64,000 nt of DNA, taken from positions 1-64,000 of IMG/VR virus record IMGVR_UViG_3300021963_009388. One strand, 5' to 3'. A program made the translations under genes and the position numbers. The stretch is from a virus. The notes under the pieces are model-generated. The model was not told where the DNA came from. It was given only the letters and a program-made list of their open reading frames with translations, and made no database searches. Positions 8,375 to 15,556 of the stretch are shown one piece after another. The first letter of the stretch is position 1. The number at the start of each line of letters is the position of its first letter.

Positions 8375-8520
8375 TAAGAAAAGCTAACAACGGCTATCCC
8401 GTCTGGGATTGGCCTGGCTCTATAAGCTGGAAAAGGCCTTCGGCTAAATCGTCTTCTTGGTCTAGGTGCTGGGCTCTATCTTCTGTGTGGCGTACACGTA
8501 ACCCTAACCGTTGGGGATAA
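8371..8520 (+). CDS. S/W-rich peptide 30 (MIRKANNGYPVW...)
   Basis: Manual translation, 49 aa. Confidence 0.7.
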   Translation: MIRKANNGYPVWDWPGSISWKRPSAKSSSWSRCWALSSVWRTRNPNRWG

Positions 8521-8524
8521 ACAA

Positions 8525-8725
8525 ATGATGAAAAACACGTTATCTGCTAGGTCTAATTCTTGGATTTAATTTTGGAGCGAGTCTGAGTCTTTGTCATCGG
8601 TAATTTGCTCCCAAGCTTGGAGTGTTCCCTATGCTGCGTCTAGGATGTGGGCTAGCTCTTGGTGCGAGTCTTCGGGTTGGGGTAGAAGAAATTTTGACTC
8701 CAAGTCTTGGAGTAGTAGCTTATGA
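8525..8725 (+). pseudogene. unit 31 with in-frame TAA at 8567
   Basis: Paralog at 6890 has AAA at the equivalent codon; the frame continues to the TGA overlapping the next ATG. Confidence 0.65.
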
Positions 8726-8889
8726 TAAGAAAAACAGGGTGTTGGTATAAATATAAGTCTTGGTCTAAGTCTAGGTCTTGGTTTCGGAGTAAATCGGCGT
8801 CTGTGTTTGGGTCTTTGTTCTTACCTTGGTCTAGGTCTTGGCATTGGAATAACTCTATAGGTAACTTTAGCTCTAGCCCTTGGGAGTAA
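8722..8889 (+). CDS. S/W-rich peptide 32 (MIRKTGCWYKYKSW...)
   Basis: Manual translation, 55 aa. Confidence 0.7.
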   Translation: MIRKTGCWYKYKSWSKSRSWFRSKSASVFGSLFLPWSRSWHWNNSIGNFSSSPWE

Positions 8890-8895
8890 TAACGA

Positions 8896-9021
8896 ATGAT
8901 TAGAAAAGCGTGGAAAGGGCCTAACTCGTCTAGGTCTTGGTATTTTTGGAATTGGAGTCTAGGTCTCACCTGGTCTAGATGTTGGTCTATGGAACTGGTC
9001 TGGTGGAAAAAACAACGATGA
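8896..9021 (+). CDS. S/W-rich peptide 33 (MIRKAWKGP...)
   Basis: Manual translation, 41 aa. Confidence 0.65.
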   Translation: MIRKAWKGPNSSRSWYFWNWSLGLTWSRCWSMELVWWKKQR

Positions 9022-9206
9022 TACGAAAAGCATGTGCATGTGATAGCGATAGATCACAAGGATGGCAGAACGATAGAGGCAGCTCAGAGCTTTGGTTTAC
9101 AGACATGATGGATTGCTACACGCCGTCTTACTGTTGGAGCGCCCCATATTCGGGCGGCTGCAGCTGGGAGTGGAGGGCGGGAATGGCGAGCTCTTCTAAG
9201 TGGTAA
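9018..9206 (+). CDS. S/W-rich peptide 34 (MIRKACACD...)
   Basis: ORF track, internal MIRK start. Confidence 0.7.
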   Translation: MIRKACACDSDRSQGWQNDRGSSELWFTDMMDCYTPSYCWSAPYSGGCSWEWRAGMASSSKW

Positions 9207-9238
9207 GTGGAGACGTCTCTAAACTCAAGGAGGAGAAT

Positions 9239-9322
9239 ATGCCAAAGGTTAAAGTAAAGAAAAAAATAAAGAAGAGTATCAAAATAAAGACGGGTAATAG
9301 GAAAAAAATAAAAGCGGCTTAA
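9239..9322 (+). CDS. 27-aa Lys-rich micropeptide
   Basis: AGGAGGAG SD; MPKVKVKKKIKKSIKIKTGNRKKIKAA. Confidence 0.5.
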   Translation: MPKVKVKKKIKKSIKIKTGNRKKIKAA

Positions 9323-9380
9323 AGTTAACGCAATGTAGCGTTGACTTATCTAATTTATCAAATTCACGGAGAATGATTCT

Positions 9381-10130
9381 ATGACTACTATCAAACGCGA
9401 AACTACTAAAGAATTCATGAAGAAAGCTCGTAAGATTAAAGAAGCAGTAAATATGAGCGGAGAGGCTGCAGCTATTACGTTAGAGAGCGCTAGCAAAATT
9501 GTACCGGTAAACTTTACGTTTGCCCCAGTAACTCTGCACACGCTTGAGTTTACGGTAGAAGGCACAACGCCTTTACTTGTAAACAACTTTGGACCAAAAA
9601 GCAGGCAGCAGATGTTAGACTCAATGCAGCCATCAAAGACAAAAGCAGCTAAAGGTGCAGCCCCTAGAAAAGATAAAGATCCAGAAGAAGAATATAATAA
9701 TGCGTTCTATCGACTTGAAGACGGTCGGCCTGGGTTTCCTCTGCTTGCTTTAAAGGCTGCGGCTATCTCAGCGTTAACCTCTAACAATCCTAAGCTAAGC
9801 CGCCCTGTAGCTCGCCAAATGTTCTTTATTCTGAACGATGAAGAAGGCGGAGAACTTACACCAGTTTACCACCCAAATGAAGTCGGACCGGTTATGAGGC
9901 AAGACCGTGTAAGAATCATGCTAGGCAAGCCTGATCTTCGCCACAGGCCTGAGTTCAAGAAGTGGGGCATTAAGTTTTCTGTAAGGTTTAACCCAGCCCA
10001 TATCACTGCTGAGCAGATGGCGCAACTTATTAGCCACAGCGGGCAGACCGTTGGTATCGGCGAATGGAGGCCTGAAAAAGGTGGAAGCCATGGAACCTAC
10101 TTAGTAGTAAACGAATTTTCATGGGAGTAA
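9381..10130 (+). CDS. stand-alone Cas7/RAMP-like protein
   Basis: N-terminal strand VEGTTPLLV, RPGFPLLALKAA, RPEFKKW, and C-terminal Gly-rich loop GQTVGIGEWRPEKGGSHG as in RAMP folds. Confidence 0.7.
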   Translation: MTTIKRETTKEFMKKARKIKEAVNMSGEAAAITLESASKIVPVNFTFAPVTLHTLEFTVEGTTPLLVNNFGPKSRQQMLDSMQPSKTKAAKGAAPRKDKDPEEEYNNAFYRLEDGRPGFPLLALKAAAISALTSNNPKLSRPVARQMFFILNDEEGGELTPVYHPNEVGPVMRQDRVRIMLGKPDLRHRPEFKKWGIKFSVRFNPAHITAEQMAQLISHSGQTVGIGEWRPEKGGSHGTYLVVNEFSWE

Positions 10131-10162
10131 TTTTACTAGGGTAATTACACAGGAGTAATCAA

Positions 10163-10666
10163 ATGGCAAAAAAGAAGAAAGAAAGCGTAGGGTTTGAGTA
10201 CAGAAAAGGCAGAGAAATACCTGGAGTAACGGCTAAAGAAGCTTACGAAGCCGTTCTAGACATAAGGGATAGAAACGGAGGTAAGCTTACCGCTGAAGCT
10301 CTGTTAGAATATAGCAGCAAACCTGGAGACACATTCTATAGTGTGTTCACTAGAGATAAAGACTTAGCGCAATACAAGTTAAACTTAATAGAAGCTGCTA
10401 GGATTTTAAACATAGTGCGCTTAGTTGCTAGAGTAGATAACCCTGACTCTAAAGTGTCTATTCAAGTTAAATATAGAGCTTTTGTAAACGTGCATAATTC
10501 AGTAGATGGGTCAGCTTACTACCCTACTATTGAAGTTGCTAAGACACCCGATCTTAACAACAAACATAAAGAGCAGTTGCTAGACAGAATTAAAACTCTT
10601 ATAGCAACTTACTCTAAATACGAAGAGTTATCTGAAATTCTTAATAAGATGAGATCAATATTGTAA
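10163..10666 (+). CDS. accessory protein of the RAMP locus
   Basis: 167 aa; AGGAG SD; lies between the RAMP gene and the array. Confidence 0.7.
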   Translation: MAKKKKESVGFEYRKGREIPGVTAKEAYEAVLDIRDRNGGKLTAEALLEYSSKPGDTFYSVFTRDKDLAQYKLNLIEAARILNIVRLVARVDNPDSKVSIQVKYRAFVNVHNSVDGSAYYPTIEVAKTPDLNNKHKEQLLDRIKTLIATYSKYEELSEILNKMRSIL

Positions 10667-10676
10667 AATGAGAATT

Positions 10677-10764
10677 CGTCTAAACCAGCTGTTCGGCTAC
10701 GGGTGATTTAATGCAGGCGCAGCCATAGTTCATAAAATTACGACTGTGCGGGCTGGTTTAGACG
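10677..10764 (+). ncRNA. structured leader upstream of the pentamer array
   Basis: Perfect 13-bp stem CGTCTAAACCAGC/GCTGGTTTAGACG enclosing an imperfect inner hairpin. Confidence 0.45.
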
Positions 10765-10787
10765 TTTATTTATACTGATAGCAACAA

Positions 10788-11255
10788 GGCAGGCGTGGTC
10801 CGGCGAGGCCGGTCGAGGCGTGGCGAGGCAGGCACGGCGGGGTCTGACGAGGCAGCTCGGGGCGGGGCGAGGCATGGCAGGCGAGGCGTGGCGCGGTCCG
10901 GCTGCGATCGGCTTGGCAGGCTAGGTGAGGCGCGGCCTGTTCGGGCGAAGCGCGGCAGGCATGGTGCAGTTTGGCGTGGTTAGGATCGGCAGGCGGGGCG
11001 AGGGCTGGCGCGGCGTGGCCAGGCGAGGCATGGCAGGCGAGGTTAGGCCGGGTGAGGTTAGGCGAGGTGCGGCACGGCAGGCTAGGCAAGGCGCTGTCCG
11101 GCTGGGCTCGGAATGGCGAGGCAGGCGTGGTACGGCAGGCGAGGCGTGGCGGAGCCCGGTGAGGTGCGGCAGGGCAGGCACGGCCAGGTGTGGCACGGCC
11201 CGGAGAGGCCTGGCAGGCACGGCAAGGCACGGCTAGGCTGTGTTGGACTAGGGCA
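10788..11255 (+). repeat. GGY-NN pentamer array, 12 units delimited by GGCA (putative guide-RNA array)
   Basis: Delimiters at 10788, 10827, 10876, 10915, 10954, 10988, 11032, 11076, 11120, 11134, 11173, 11212; every spacing is 4+5n. Confidence 0.85.
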
Positions 11256-11354
11256 GTTCAACATAGCTAAGGTACTCAGTAACCACGAGATCATCTATCG
11301 TCTACGATGTGAGGTAGGTGGGTTATTGGGTATCACTTTTTAAAGGAGCAATTT

Positions 11355-11834
11355 ATGAAATATATTATGGGTCTAATAGTTTGTATTACTGTGTACGTAA
11401 ACAGCGTTAAAGCGGGTTGAGGAACCGCTGAGCAAAATGTGACCCGTGCGGTCATAACTAGAGTTACAGATGCAGACATATATTATATGAGAAGTATCAT
11501 CAACTCGATGCTGGTAAATAATACGGCAGCGATTGTAGAGCAGGCTTTAAAGTCTTCAGATTTTAGGATCAAGGCCGCGGGATGTGTTTTGGCTCGCAGG
11601 CTCGGTAAAGAGTACGTAGAGGATTTATTTGATGGTCTAGTAGATGATAATGAGCTGGTTAGGCAGGTTAGCAGAGAGAGCCTGATGATCATAAACCACT
11701 TCTACACAAAGAAAAAAATAGACTTCGGGCCTTGGCCTGGAGAGCAGAATAACGTTAATGCGTGTGCTAGTCAGTCTTTATGGAAGGCGCACTTTAGAAC
11801 AGTAGAAAACAATCAAAACAAGGAGAAGAAGTAA
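11355..11834 (+). CDS. secreted HEAT-like protein with in-frame TGA at 11418 (candidate selenoprotein)
   Basis: AAGGAG SD and signal-peptide-like MKYIMGLIVCITVYVNSVKAG, then TGA, then GTAEQNV in frame with ORF 11439..11834. Confidence 0.55.
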
Positions 11835-12029
11835 ATGGATATTAAAGAAAAAGAATTGGCTCTAAACACTATAGCTTCACTACCTTCGAAGATCGAAGTG
11901 GCTAAGAACACCAAGGGCTTCAACTTCACTGTTGAGGTACGGTGCAAAGACGGCGCTGAGCTAGAAGCAGTAGATAGGCTGGAGACTATCGTTAAGTCTC
12001 TTAACGAAAAGTTTAAATCAGCAGAATAG
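11835..12029 (+). CDS. hypothetical protein
   Basis: 64 aa ORF, coupled to the previous gene. Confidence 0.6.
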   Translation: MDIKEKELALNTIASLPSKIEVAKNTKGFNFTVEVRCKDGAELEAVDRLETIVKSLNEKFKSAE

Positions 12030-12038
12030 GAGACCTCA

Positions 12039-13502
12039 ATGAGGGACATGAACCAAATAACTGGGAAAGTAGTTAACCCAGGTCTAGTAGAGCATCTAGA
12101 TGTAAAAAACGTAAAGAAGTATGTAGGGTGTGAAACTATTCGTTTTGGAAAGCTAAAAACAATTTCTCCTTTTAGTATAGCGCGCCTTTCTGCCAGAAGA
12201 GCTGAGTCTATATGGCTAGGAACGTGCGCGGTATACGAAGACATGGGAAGAGATCTTGCAACCCTGCAGGTAGATCATTTGAATGTTCAGGGCCTAAATC
12301 TTAACCTACAAGATGTAGTCGAACTTCTAGGGTCTAAAACTATAACCGGTATAAGGTTGCCTACAACTTTTCTTTTAGACATAGATAAAGAAGGTTTAAA
12401 AACGCTTCAAGAAGCGTTTGAAAAGTTTAGCGGAAAAGTTGAATGGAGTAGATCATCAGCAGAGGTATCTGAACTTGAGATTACAAGTCCCAAGTTTCTC
12501 CACTCTATAGACGCTTCCTACTATGCGTCGTTTACTTCCACCGGCTCCTACGATCGTAAGTCTGGAACTTACATGAGCACAATTCAAGTTATGGACTTAG
12601 TTAAAAAGTACCCGAAAGTTAGTACCGAGGTACTATCTCAAGCTCTAGTACTAGGGACTCTATTTAATATAGACGGCGAGCATCCTTCCCCTAACGGGCG
12701 TAGAGCAGTGCTTTCGGTAAATATAAATAATGACAATAATGGAAACGATGTTCGTAGGGCAATCCGTATTATGGAGCATGTTGAAGAGCTCGTAGAAACG
12801 CACACATCGGCTCTCGATGACTGGAAGTTTAAGGATGCTGATGTAAGAGCTACTCCTGTTGAGAAGCTAAACGAGTTCTTTAAGGCAAAGGGCTGCAAGC
12901 TAGCCATAGACCTGTATATAAATAAAGACACCATAGACCAGAGTACTTTCGAAGAGTTAACAAATAGAAAGTTAAGAAAGCTAGCTGCTGATTCCGAAAG
13001 CTGCGACACTACTATGTTTGGTAAAAAGTTTGATGTTTTACATCCTGATGATGCTTACTTAAATTTATCAGAGATTTTACTTAAGGAGCCGGAAGAAGGA
13101 AAAGAAAGTCAAGGCCAGAGAATAGGTAAAATAATAAAGATGGCTTTTTGTGTGCGCAAACTATATTCCCTTGCCGATCCTTTCGAGATAGGTATAAGCG
13201 AAAAGTCAGATGAGATCTCATATGCTTCATTTATGCCCATATTAGAAGCTATAAACGAGATTAATGGGAAATATAAAGCCACGGGTGCGAAGACTAGTAC
13301 AGGAATGGCTAAACTGTTTAGAATTAGATTACCTGGTAATTTAAGCATAAACAATAAGCTGATTAAATATATAAAGGATTTTGTAAAGGAAAATAGGACT
13401 TCTAAAGAGCGCTTTGCTGAGCAAGCGATATGCACTGGAAATGATTCTGTTATGCCTTTAGAGCACAATTATAATACGTACTCTATAGATTTGTATGCTT
13501 AA
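12039..13502 (+). CDS. hypothetical protein
   Basis: 487 aa ORF; AGGAG SD. Confidence 0.8.
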   Translation: MRDMNQITGKVVNPGLVEHLDVKNVKKYVGCETIRFGKLKTISPFSIARLSARRAESIWLGTCAVYEDMGRDLATLQVDHLNVQGLNLNLQDVVELLGSKTITGIRLPTTFLLDIDKEGLKTLQEAFEKFSGKVEWSRSSAEVSELEITSPKFLHSIDASYYASFTSTGSYDRKSGTYMSTIQVMDLVKKYPKVSTEVLSQALVLGTLFNIDGEHPSPNGRRAVLSVNINNDNNGNDVRRAIRIMEHVEELVETHTSALDDWKFKDADVRATPVEKLNEFFKAKGCKLAIDLYINKDTIDQSTFEELTNRKLRKLAADSESCDTTMFGKKFDVLHPDDAYLNLSEILLKEPEEGKESQGQRIGKIIKMAFCVRKLYSLADPFEIGISEKSDEISYASFMPILEAINEINGKYKATGAKTSTGMAKLFRIRLPGNLSINNKLIKYIKDFVKENRTSKERFAEQAICTGNDSVMPLEHNYNTYSIDLYA

Positions 13503-13507
13503 ACTAA

Positions 13508-13542
13508 ATCAGCTAGGGCCAGTATTACTGGCCTTAGCTGAT
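13508..13542. terminator. hairpin between convergent genes
   Basis: ATCAGCTAGGGCCAG...CTGGCCTTAGCTGAT. Confidence 0.55.
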
Positions 13543-13556
13543 ACGTGAAAAGAATA

Positions 13557-13778
13557 TTATCTAAACAATCTAAAGTTAGATCTAATAGATTTTTTCTTTC
13601 CACAAGAATACGCCTTAGGGCTAGTGGCCACTTCTGTAGATTTAGGCTTAGCTGCCTCTACAGGCTTAGAAGATGCAGAACAGGAACCGCCGGAACAAGA
13701 CAAAGGTCTCTTCGAGAACACCCCATCAATGGACTCGGAGCTCAAAGCCACGCTGGCAGCCAATACGAATTGAAACAT
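13557..13778 (-). CDS. small secreted protein
   Basis: AGGAGG SD on the minus strand; hydrophobic N-terminus; SCSGGSC motif. Confidence 0.6.
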   Translation of the reverse strand: MFQFVLAASVALSSESIDGVFSKRPLSCSGGSCSASSKPVEAAKPKSTEVATSPKAYSCGKKKSIRSNFRLFR

Positions 13779-13907
13779 GCTAACCTCCTGTCAAATTTGT
13801 TACCCCGGCCCTGTTGCCGGAGATGTAAATATACAAAACGATAACGATCCGTCAAGGTTTATAAACAATAGTTAATTAATTTTAACTTACAAAGGAGCTA
13901 ATCAGCT

Positions 13908-14732
13908 ATGAAGACTAAATTAAAAATCAGCATAACGATGAAAGACTTGCTTGAATTAGTGAAGATGAGCCAGGAAAATAATGTTGACTTAGAAATAATC
14001 ACCAGTGAAAGTGAAGAAGAAAAGCCAGTAACGGCTAAAGAAGCACTGGAAGCTATACGCAGAGAAGAAGCTCTAAGCAACGCGCTAGCTTTAAGTAGGC
14101 ATAAAACTTCGCATGAGCAACTGTTTAATGACTTTGAGGAAGACTTTAATTCTAATATGCCTAAATTAGAAGCGCCTGTCGAAGATGATAACAAAACTCA
14201 TAAGGCTGATATTCTTAGAGACGACATTCTTAAGCGCATTAAAGAAATTAAAGAACGCCTCAATAAAGATTCTGGGCCGTCAAAGGAAGATCTTGAAAAA
14301 GCTATGGAACTATGTAGGAAAAACGGGCTTGCCATAAGTAAAACTAGTAAAAAAGGTAAAAGAGGTAAGGCAGATAAACGCATAGTAAAATCAAGACAGC
14401 TAGAAGAGAGAATCAAGCTGGGAATAGCTAGAGGTACGGACAGAAGAATATTTCTGTTAAAGAATCTTCCATGGCTTGACAAAAGCGTTATGGAAGATTT
14501 AGAAGCTTTAGGCTATTCAACGATAGGCGACATTCTTGACAGTAGCGCTACTGAGCTAGCGAAGAAGATAGGCGGCAAAGACGCAAACGGTGGCTACGTA
14601 GCGGCCGACCCTGAGATTCTAGATCATATGGTCAACAAGATTCAAGAAGCTATGCGCAAGATAGGCATTTACTTTCGGAAGAATTGCTACAAAGACAGAG
14701 GCTACGGCTATAGACGCAAGAATGAAAATTAA
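13908..14732 (+). CDS. hypothetical protein with C-terminal HhH / RNAP alpha-CTD-like domain
   Basis: LEALGYSTIGDILDSSATELAK...MVNKIQEAM. Confidence 0.55.
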   Translation: MKTKLKISITMKDLLELVKMSQENNVDLEIITSESEEEKPVTAKEALEAIRREEALSNALALSRHKTSHEQLFNDFEEDFNSNMPKLEAPVEDDNKTHKADILRDDILKRIKEIKERLNKDSGPSKEDLEKAMELCRKNGLAISKTSKKGKRGKADKRIVKSRQLEERIKLGIARGTDRRIFLLKNLPWLDKSVMEDLEALGYSTIGDILDSSATELAKKIGGKDANGGYVAADPEILDHMVNKIQEAMRKIGIYFRKNCYKDRGYGYRRKNEN

Positions 14733-14837
14733 ACTACACCCTTTTGCTGGCCCTTGAATGGGCATAAATTGATAAGTTACTGTCAAGTTAACACAACACT
14801 CGTTAGCTTGGCAGTTTTTAAAATTTAAAAGCAATAG

Positions 14838-14893
14838 GGCCGTATGTGGCTGGGCAAGGCAAGGCAAGGGCAAGGCAGGGTGAGGCAAGGTAG
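14838..14893 (+). repeat. orphan GGY-NN mini-array
   Basis: GGCCG TATGT GGCTG GGCAA GGCAA GGCAA G GGCAA GGCAG GGTGA GGCAA GGTAG in AT-rich intergenic DNA. Confidence 0.65.
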
Positions 14894-14969
14894 ATTATTT
14901 AATGTACTATTGGGCCAACGTATAGCCCTTTTAGATTGTGTTAGGTGCCAAATCATGTATATAAATCAC

Positions 14970-15004
14970 TGCACTTAATTCATTATATCTAAGATATAAT
15001 AGTA
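14970..15004. repeat. 35-bp inverted repeat, left copy
   Basis: TGCACTTAATTCATTATATCTAAGATATAATAGTA is the exact reverse complement of 15477-15511. Confidence 0.9.
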
Positions 15005-15029
15005 CAAGAAATATAAGAGGTTAATAAAA

Positions 15030-15473
15030 ATGTTAAGATGCATAGTTTTAAAAAATCATAAGAATCGCAGTCATGAAAATAGAATGAAATATTCTAGAAG
15101 TCCTAGTTTTATTCGGATTAGGGCTACTAAACTTCAGGTGTTTCTAGGAGATCACCACATAACAGCCATAGATGAAGTTAAGAAAATGCTAACTAAAGAA
15201 GGGCTAGACCCGGATGATTTTGATCTTGTGAGCTTTGATTGGTCTGAAGGCCTATTCTTAGATACTTTGTTCTCTAAGCCAAAAGCCTTAAGCATATGGT
15301 ACAAGTGTAAAGAAATAGACATAAGACATTTAAGTGATACAGCCTACAACGAAGGTGATCCTAATGGAGACTTATTTGAAGAGTATGACTTAGATACTTC
15401 TTTATCCGACTATCAAGCTGGATTGAAAGAAGAGTATAAGAAGGATATGAAAGAATATAAAAATGATGAATAA
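15030..15473 (+). CDS. hypothetical protein enclosed by inverted repeats
   Basis: 147 aa ORF; AAGAGG upstream. Confidence 0.6.
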   Translation: MLRCIVLKNHKNRSHENRMKYSRSPSFIRIRATKLQVFLGDHHITAIDEVKKMLTKEGLDPDDFDLVSFDWSEGLFLDTLFSKPKALSIWYKCKEIDIRHLSDTAYNEGDPNGDLFEEYDLDTSLSDYQAGLKEEYKKDMKEYKNDE

Positions 15474-15476
15474 CTA

Positions 15477-15511
15477 TACTATTATATCTTAGATATAATG
15501 AATTAAGTGCA
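15477..15511. repeat. 35-bp inverted repeat, right copy
   Basis: Exact reverse complement of 14970-15004. Confidence 0.9.
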
Positions 15512-15556
15512 AGCTGTACAGGGTAGTGTACAATCACCTAAAGAGGAGACCCAACT

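Larger units (their letters stand above)
1411..9206 (+). repeat. tandem array of about 34 Ser/Trp-rich small-peptide genes with recurring junction TGGAG-N(5-9)-ATGATAAGAAAA
   Basis: ATGATAAGAAAA-like motif about every 150-250 nt; each opens a 17-84 aa S/W-rich ORF whose stop usually overlaps the next ATG. Confidence 0.9.

Noticed and set aside
1611-8969. Minus-strand RPRPR/DQDQ ORFs and alternative-frame LGLGL ORFs (e.g. 2053, 8025)
   Set aside because: They are shadows of the TCT-NGG repeats; only the S/W frame has SDs and start/stop coupling.
1411-9206. CRISPR array with ATGATAAGAAAA as the repeat
   Set aside because: The repeat is short and degenerate, spacing is irregular (50-250 nt), and the intervening sequences are coupled open frames.
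1411-9206. Diversity-generating retroelement as the source of variation
   Set aside because: No reverse transcriptase is visible in the window, and paralog differences are not limited to adenines.
10766-11343. Multiple overlapping Arg/Gly/Ala/Pro-rich ORFs on both strands
   Set aside because: They are by-products of the stop-poor GC pentamer array; 5-nt periodicity argues against coding.
11418-11420. Genome-wide stop-codon reassignment
   Set aside because: TGA, TAG and TAA all terminate genes normally here, and long genes are intact under the standard code.
13545-13844. Plus-strand 99-aa ORF
   Set aside because: It overlaps the minus-strand ORF 13557..13778, which has a strong SD, a signal peptide and a convergent hairpin.
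14970-15511. Autonomous IS element
   Set aside because: The enclosed ORF shows no transposase motifs and no target-site duplication is visible.
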